A DNA stretch of 64,000 bases. Source: Octopus vulgaris. Taxonomy: Eukaryota. The notes beneath the pieces are model-generated. The model did not search any database and had not been told where the DNA came from. It worked only from the letters and a program-made list of their open reading frames with translations. Location: assembly GCA_951406725.2 (NCBI GenBank), contig OX597835.1, positions 35,216,001 to 35,280,000 of the forward strand. The letters are read 5' to 3'. Within the stretch, counting starts at the first letter, position 1, and each line of letters starts with the position of its first letter. Both the position numbers and the translations under genes were made by a program. Shown here in pieces: positions 56,650 to 64,000 of this stretch.

Positions 56650-58955
56650 CATGTAGAAGTTTGGTTGCGTTAATTATTGGTTGTTGCAAATTGCTACATT
56701 ACATATATACAGTCTTTGACAACAGGGACATGTTAAAGACATAAAAAAGTTCAACAAGTTCCTTAAAATATTGGGCACAAAAGATTACTACATAAATAAT
56801 CGTTCTCAAGGACATACTTAAGATAGTTTCCAGAAGGAATTGATATTGGTATTGTATCTGTATATTCAAACATGCACAGAATATTGTTTGACACAGAGTA
56901 CTATAATCCATATAAATATACTGCTACGAACCACCTGCCGTCGCTCGGTCGATCAGCGAATGTTCGCCACGGAAACTCGGAGAGGAGAGAGAGAGAGACT
57001 ACAACAACAACTACAACAGTAGCCGCAAGAAGAAGAGACACAGAGGCAATCGAGAGACACACAAAGAAGGCAATTGGCTCACATTTAATGTACTAGTTTA
57101 TATGACTATTAATTGTTACAACATCAAATACATATCAGATACATTTAAAGAGGACACGTCGAATTAAACAACAACTCAATACATCATACAGGTATACCAC
57201 AGATCAAAGCATTTAAGCATGCAGATACAATATAACAATGTTCATAGACAAATAAGTTCAGATCAAATAATGTTCACGATACGTTACAGTCCAATCAGAA
57301 CAGTTCAATACATTATACAAGGTTCAAATCACAACAATTCACGTTGTTCTTTTCACTGTCTCATTTCTTTTACATTTCAATACATCGATTCTTTTTCCTT
57401 CTTTTTCTTCACATATCAATACAACAATTCACGTACGTACCGTAGTTCCTACTATAATAGCCAATGTCTCATATTGTACCTCATCTCTCTTAGCACTGCT
57501 AAATCCAACTGCTAAACTGCTTGCCTTGAATACCAAATCCTGGCCGCTAAATCCAACCGCTCGCCTTGACTTCCAAATACCGACTGCCCAAAAACCTCTT
57601 GCTCTGTCACTACCCCAATCTCTCTTAGCTCTGTCGCAATCACTCTCTCTCTTAGCTCTGCAATACTCTCTGCCTGTCTTCCTCTGCCCCTCATCCTCTC
57701 TCACTCTACTTTCATCTCTCATGACAGCTCCCAGATTCCTTAATCTGTCTTTCTCAGCCCTTCATCCTCTCACTCTACTGTATCTCTCATGACAAGCCCC
57801 CAGATTCCTTAATCTGTCTTCCTCGGCACTCAACATTTCTCTCACTGTCTCTCACACACTGAACTCTAATTCACCTGACAGGGTCGGGGAGCTTCCCTTG
57901 AGCTAATTAATCAACCCGCATCTGGCAGAACAATGGATTCATTGCCAAATGTAGGTCGCCGTCAACTGTCCTCAAATTTAACCACAACACTACCCCTACC
58001 TAAGCTTTGTCGACCCGACAAAAGCACAACAAACCCGTACCTCCGAGGGCGAGCTACAGCAGATGTTCCAGGAACTGGAGGTCCCCTTGGGTGGTTTCTC
58101 CTCCGGGGGGTCTCACCTCCCACGGCCACCACTTCACCACCGGCCACAAGTTGGCTTCTTCCCTCTGCGGCTTGGGTAACACCTCCGCCAAGGCCCCTAG
58201 GCTTCCTACGAGCCGCCTACAATAGGCGCACCGTCCGAGGAAGTTCCTCAAATCCCTCACACAGGCAGGTTCCGGCCAATCCTTCACAGTGGCCACCTTC
58301 CTCAGGGCTCTATACCCCACGTAGCACCTTGCTGTGCCGTCTCCATTCCGCGCAACTATCGCCGACGACCAGGGACCATTCCGCTTTTCCACTGTTCCCT
58401 GTCACCGATATCTCCTCTTTCGCTGCCGTACTGGGACCATCCTCCGGCCTCGCTGCTTCCTCAAGCGACGACCGCCTTGGTTGATGAAGCACTCCGCCAG
58501 GTTCGTGCGACCAACATCCGACACCCCTCGCGACCAACGTCCTGCGCTTTTCACCAACATCCGAGTGCCAACTAAGCAACGGCGTCTCCCTGCGGACCGT
58601 TTCCGCAGCTGCATCGGTGGGCCACTATCTCCTTCGACTGCGTTGCCGTATTGGCAGAACTGGCCCCGCCACTGGTTCGCCATCTGGCACGATTCCTTGA
58701 TTTGCCCTCTACAAATCGCCTGTGCCACTTCCAAAAGATCGGCCGACCCAGCCAGCGCTCTGCCAGCTTCTGCTTCTACTAGGGTCCACCCGACCCTCAA
58801 TTGAGCTTTTACTATGCACTGCCTGTCGGGCTCCACCGGCCCCAAGCAGCCATCAACCACACAGCTCACCCAACACTGAAGCAGTCTTCTTGGTCTTGGT
58901 AGACCTACCACCGTTCGCAACCGTCTCGCCTCGTCAACAGGCTTGGTCCTCCTCC

Positions 58956-59576
58956 TCACCAGCTTCTGCACCGAAGGCTCCACAACACGCACGCTCGGCC
59001 GCCAGTCCATCCACACCTCTGGCCTCTCCACAGTGGGAACCATGCAGTCCTTCTGAGCCCCGAGAGACAGGGACCCAGACACCAAAGGACTCGCACACGG
59101 CACATCACCCGCAGCGACCACCACACACAGAGCCGGAACCTCGGATTCAGCGATATCCGCTCCAGATTCGCCAGCTCTTCGTCCCGAGCTCCGAGAGACA
59201 GGGGTCGAGATGCCAAGGGCTCCAGACACGGAACAACAGCAGCAGGCAACACACATCCAGCAGGCTTTTTGGTTTCCTCAACCTCTACGGGTTCCATATC
59301 ACAACGTTTCTCGGGTCCAGCATCACAAATTTCGGCAACCAACCCAGGTTCCGCAACACTTCCTTCATTAACTATTTCACTTGATGCTTCATTTGACGGG
59401 CAATCTCCGCCCACAGGACCGTCGCTATCCCCGGTCCAACACTGATCCTCCAAGGCTGACCCATCCATAACCTCAGGTTCCTCCCGATCTGCCCACAGGC
59501 CCTGTCGCCTCTTGTCCATCCTTTCCAAGAATGTATTCGTCTGCGTCATCTGGCCCCTCAACATCTCTGTAAACAA
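58956..59576 (-). CDS. Possible gag-derived ORF remnant of the LTR element (frameshifted, no recognisable domain)
   Basis: First long ORF downstream of the PBS in element orientation, acidic composition. No motif recognised. Confidence 0.3.
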   Translation of the reverse strand: MFTEMLRGQMTQTNTFLERMDKRRQGLWADREEPEVMDGSALEDQCWTGDSDGPVGGDCPSNEASSEIVNEGSVAEPGLVAEICDAGPEKRCDMEPVEVEETKKPAGCVLPAAVVPCLEPLASRPLSLGARDEELANLERISLNPRFRLCVWWSLRVMCRVRVLWCLGPCLSGLRRTAWFPLWRGQRCGWTGGRACVLWSLRCRSW

Positions 59577-59654
59577 GGCAAGCGAGATCTCCCCCCGGTC
59601 TGGCTACCAGACGAATCCATAGCGAAAAGCCGATCGAGCGCAGCAATCAGGACA

Positions 59655-59672
59655 ATCCCACTTCTGACACCA
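59655..59672 (-). promoter_or_regulatory. Primer-binding site complementary to the tRNA-Leu 3' end
   Basis: Minus strand TGGTGTCAGAAGTGGGAT, 2 nt from the 5' LTR. It matches eukaryotic tRNA-Leu ...ATCCCACTTCTGACA-CCA. Confidence 0.85.
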
Positions 59673-60968
59673 ATTGCTACGGACCACCTGCCGTCGCTCG
59701 GTCGATCAGCGAATGTTCGCCACGGAAACTCGGAGAGGAGAGAGAGAGAGACTACAACAACTACAACAGCAGCCGCAAGAAGAAGAGACACAGAGGCAAT
59801 CGAGAGAGACACAAAGAAGGCAATTGGCTCACATTTAACGTACTAGTTTATATGACTATTAATTGTTACAACATCAAATACATATCAGATACATTTAAAG
59901 AGGACACGTCGAATTAAACAACAACTCAATACATCATACAGGTATACCACAGATCAAAGCATTTAAGCATGCAGATACAATATAACAATGTTCATAGACA
60001 AATAAGTTCAGATCAAATAATGTTCACGATACGTTACAGTCCAATCAGAACAGTTCAATACATTATACAAGGTTCAAATCACAACAATTCACGTTGTTCT
60101 TTTCACTGTCTCATTTCTTTTACATTTCAATACATCGATTCTTTTTCCTTCTTTTTCTTCACATATCAATACAACAATTCACGTACGTACCGTAGTTCCT
60201 ACTATAATAGCCAATGTCTCATATTGTACCTCATCTCTCTTAGCACTGCTAAATCCAACTGCTAAACTGCTTGCCTTGAATACCAAATCCTGGCCGCTAA
60301 ATCCAACCGCTCGCCTTGACTTCCAAATACCGACTGCCCAAAAACCTCTTGCTCTGTCACTACCCCCAATCTCTCTTAGCTCTGTCGCAATCACTCTCTC
60401 TCTTAGCTCTGCAATACTCTCTGCCTGTCTTCCTCTGCCCCTCATCCTCTCTCACTCTACTTTCATCTCTCATGACAGCTCCCAGATTCCTTAATCTGTC
60501 TTTCTCAGCCCTTCATCCTCTCACTCTACTGTATCTCTCATGACAAGCCCCCAGATTCCTTAATCTGTCTTCCTCGGCACTCAACATTTCTCTCACTGTC
60601 TCTCACACACTGAACTCTAATTCACCTGACAGGGTCGGGGAGCTTCCCTTGAGCTAATTAATCAACCCGCATCTGGCAGAACAATGGATTCATTGCCAAA
60701 TGTAGGTCGCCGTCAACTGTCCTCAAATTGAATCACAACAATACATTCTTTGGTGACAACAATATGTTGAGAATATGTTATATTGCATTTTCAAACCTTC
60801 TTTCGTATATATATATATATATATATATTACGGAGATGTACTCGCATAGCAAGTAATTTGATCTGAGATCGTGTGCTGAAACGAAAACAATTGCAGCGTG
60901 GAAGGTGTTTATAAGCCATTTAAGAAACACACAAAAGCCGTTCGATTCACTTCAACATTTAAGTTTAA

Positions 60969-61018
60969 TTTGTCAAAATATTTTCGTCGCTAAAATCCGC
61001 GACCTGTTCACTGACAAA
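60969..61018 (-). ncRNA. Minimal type-I hammerhead with G3:C8 core, best-preserved copy
   Basis: Minus strand TTTGTCA-GTGAACA-G-GTCGC ggatttta GCGAC-GAAA-ATATT-T-TGACAAA: perfect helices I (7 bp) and II (5 bp), in element 60829-61020 next to (TA)n. Confidence 0.75.
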
Positions 61019-61508
61019 AATCCGTGCTGCATCTGAGAAAGTAACAGTTAGTTCGTCATATATATGTACGTATGTATGTGTGTATATATGCATACATGTG
61101 TGTATGTATGTACGTATGCATGTACGTACATACGCCTGCGTATGCATGTATGTATGTATGTATGTATGTATGTATGTATATATGTATGTGTGTATATATG
61201 CACGCACATACACACTATAAACATAAAGCTATAAACCTGTAGCGATGGATAGATGTAGAGTGACCACTCATCACAATAATATCAAATTTCAACTTCCCCC
61301 GGCCGAAGCCTGGAAGTGATTTACGATCCTTACTCCCAAAACTATACCCTAAAACTTATTATCAGATCTTTATCTCTATATCACAGAACTTTTGTTTTAC
61401 TATTGTGCGTATGTATGTATGTCTGTGCGTATGTATGTATGTATGTATGTATGTATGTATGTATGTATGTATGTATGTATGTATGTATGTGTGTATGTAC
61501 ATACGTAC

Positions 61509-61565
<57 letters not shown>

Positions 61566-61694
61566 TAAAAAGAATTCCAACCTTGTCTGATTTTCACGTT
61601 TTATTTACAATCTTATAATGATATATTATAAGATAATATATTATAATTGAATAAAATAAAATGAAATAGTAGAATGTTAAATATTCATTCTGAT

Positions 61695-61739
61695 TGAACT
61701 AGTACTTTCATGCATTGAATTCTGCAATCTTCGGGTTCA
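61695..61739 (-). ncRNA. Minimal type-I hammerhead in the 3' pLTR of the Penelope-like element
   Basis: Minus strand TGAAC-CCGAAGA-T TGCA gaattcaa TGCA T-GAAAGTACT-A-GTTCA, same strand as the ORF. U4 is replaced by C. Confidence 0.75.
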
Positions 61740-62233
61740 TGTAGTAGTGTTGACAGTCATGCTTCACAATTTTTGACTGTAGCAAGATGAGTGATTCTGT
61801 GCTATAAATACAGCTGGGTAGGCTCCAGAGTGCTAGGTTTTGCAAACTGTATTCTGACCAATCAGTGTGTAGTATCACTCAATTACTTAAGCTGATTGGT
61901 TGGTTGAGCTGATTGGTTTAGGCATCACGCTTTGTTGGACAGGTCAAGAGTCCTGTATCTTGACCCTGGCCGAAGCAGCAATTGTTGGGTTATTTTTAGA
62001 AATGTTGTAAATATCCTTTGTCAGAGATTTTTATATTTTTATATTTCAATTGTCATCATCATCATTGTCAGCACCTTAATTATTGTTGCTAGTGGTGATG
62101 GTGGTGGCAATAGAACTTTTAACCCTAAATAAGATAATTTTCCTGCTATCTTCGTCTTGATCACCTTTAGTATTGTTGTTGTTGTTAGTGGTCATGGTCG
62201 TAGCAGTGGAAGTAATACCTCTAAGTATTATTA

Positions 62234-64000
62234 TTATTGCTTATTTAGCTTGGGTTCGAATTTATCAATAAAATTCTTTTCTCTGATTTTCCTCTCGATT
62301 TCACTTGGGCTGTGTAATTTGTAGAATGGAAATATTATATATATTTTCCGACCACATGTTGCTAGGTGGTTACTCAAAGGTATCTGACGGACCTCTGGGT
62401 CTCTAATCTGTTGCCGGTGTACACGTGAGCGTTCTAATAGTGCGTTTCCCGTCTGACCTACATATATTTCTTCACAATTTGGGCATTTGATGCAGTAAAT
62501 TAAATTTCTGCTTTTGCAGTTCATATTCGCGTTTGTGAATATTTTCCCGGTTTTTGTGTTTATATATTGGCCGGTATGTATGAATTAGCATGTGCCACAT
62601 CGGCTATCATTGCATTTAGATACCGTGAATGTTTGGTCTTTGTTGCTGAGGTCAAATTTTGCCTTTGTTAGTAATGTTTTCAAGTTTTTAGGCTGTCTTT
62701 TACTAAGCACCATAGCTCGATCCTTGATTATGTCTTTTAATTCATTACTTTGGGCAATGATTGGTAGGTTTGCTTTGGCAATGTTGAAGATATTCTGGTG
62801 ACATGGGTTGTGTGTCACTATGAATGATATGACTTGTTCTTGTTTTCCTCTTCCTTGGGTTGTCCTAAGTTGTTGTATAGGTATTTTTATAGCCCGCTGT
62901 ATGCCATTTTCTATAAGTAGAGATGGGTATTTTTGTTTGAGCAAAAATTCTCTTAGTTCTATTAGGCGTTTGTTCCTGATATTTGCATCTTCTACAATAG
63001 TACAAATTCTTCTGGCTAGGCAGTATGGGATGTTACGTTTTGTATGTGGTGGATGGCACGACTTAAAATTTAGGTATTGATGTGTGTCTGTGTGTTTATA
63101 GTATATATCTGTGGTGATGGTGGTGTCTTTTTTAATTACCATTATATCCAGGAATGGTAATTTGGTACTACTCATCTCCTTTGTAAATTTGAGAGATGGG
63201 TGTAGGTTGTTCAGGAGGATATTGAACTCTTCCAGAGTATTTAGAGATTCTGTCCAGATTATGAAACAGTCGTCTAGGTATCTCTTCCATGCCTTTTCAA
63301 TATACTTTCTAAATCCAGTGCCATAGTTTACCTCCACCTCTTGGTAGAGTTGTTCTTCTAAGTATCCCATTACAGAGTTGGCGTAAACGGGAGCAAACCT
63401 CGTTCCCATCGCCGTGCCTCTAATTTGGATGTAATTCTTTCCATTGAAGAAGAATGTGTTATTTTCTAGAATAAGTTTGACTGTGTCTAATATAAATGGC
63501 ACTGTGAATCTGCTGGGAATCACTTCTCTATGTTTTTCTAACCAGTATTTAATCGCCTTTATTCCTAAATCGTGTGGAATATTGGTGTAGAGGCTTACCA
63601 CATCAAAACTTAGTAAAACTGAATTTGTTTCTGTTGTTTTGGGAAGATGGGACAGGAAGTCGATGTCATCCCTGATGAAACTTGGTATGTAAGTACATAG
63701 TGGTTTCAAAACAATGTCAATAAAATTGCTTAGACGGTGTGTAGGGCATGCTGGACCAGCTATAATAGGTCTAAGTTTTAGGTCTTTTGGATGTAATAAT
63801 TTTATGTACTCACTTTCTTGTTCTTTTACTGCCTGTTGAATGTTTTTTGATTTGTGTATTTTTGGTAAGCCGTAGAAGTTGCTGGGTTTTGGTTCAAAAT
63901 TGGTGATGTAGTCTTTTTCATTATCCGTAAGTGAGTTGTGGTGTGTTGAAATCAGGTTGTTGATCTTTTTCATGATGTGGTGGTCTATATTTGCGGGTAT
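62234..64000 (-). pseudogene. Penelope-like element ORF (Neptune-type): reverse transcriptase, Cys-rich linker, GIY-YIG endonuclease; single in-frame stop at 62585-62587; runs off the window end
   Basis: FYGLPKIHK, LRPII, SFDVVSLYTNIP, GTAMGT, RYLDD, FLD, YYKHT RT motifs; CNDSRCGTC linker; NLIYCIKCPNC..IYVGQT...R...H GIY-YIG. ORFs 62585-63973 and 62234-62524 are in the same frame. Confidence 0.92.

Larger units (their letters stand above)
56922..60740 (-). mobile_element. Non-autonomous Ty3/Gypsy-type LTR retrotransposon
   Basis: LTRs 56922-57989 and 59675-60740 (TG...CA, near identical), ATAC TSD, PBS next to the right LTR, purine-rich GGTAGGGGTAG next to the left LTR. Internal pol remnant VKDWPEPACVRDLRNFLGRCAYCRRLV (~58200-58290). 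Confidence 0.92.
61561..64000 (-). mobile_element. Penelope-like retrotransposon including 3' UTR/pLTR ending at a (TA)n tract
   Basis: ORF plus ~670 bp of downstream non-coding sequence containing a hammerhead and abutting (TA)n at 61560. Confidence 0.85.

Noticed and set aside
57219-60543. Duplicated ORFs inside the two LTRs and GC-rich plus-strand ORFs in the LTR interior
   Set aside because: Identity reflects LTR duplication, and the plus-strand ORFs are antisense shadows with no recognisable domain.

Overview
Gene-poor, AT- and microsatellite-rich animal genomic DNA. The SINE families and repeat landscape point to a coleoid cephalopod, most likely Octopus (inference). I could not support any host protein-coding exon. 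Nearly all ORF-track entries are translations of (TA)n, (CA)n, (TATG)n, (TATC)n, (TAA)n or (GAT/GGT)n tracts. Real content: four tRNA-derived SINE families; a near-intact Neptune-type Penelope-like element (RT plus GIY-YIG, one nonsense codon) at the right edge; two Dong/R4-type RLE-LINE 3' fragments in (TAA)n; a 5'-inverted RTE LINE; a young non-autonomous Ty3/Gypsy-type LTR element (1.07-kb LTRs, tRNA-Leu PBS, ATAC TSD); a Helitron; mariner, hAT and Merlin-like DNA elements; and a 142-bp higher-order satellite. The most striking hidden signal is a set of short, often palindromic, non-coding elements, mostly in or next to (TA)n tracts, that carry minimal type-I hammerhead ribozyme folds. Across unrelated families the catalytic 3:8 pair occurs in all four Watson-Crick forms (C3:G8, U3:A8, G3:C8, A3:U8). 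One SINE family also appears twice at the same target site inside other SINEs. All folds were derived by eye and none is tested for activity.
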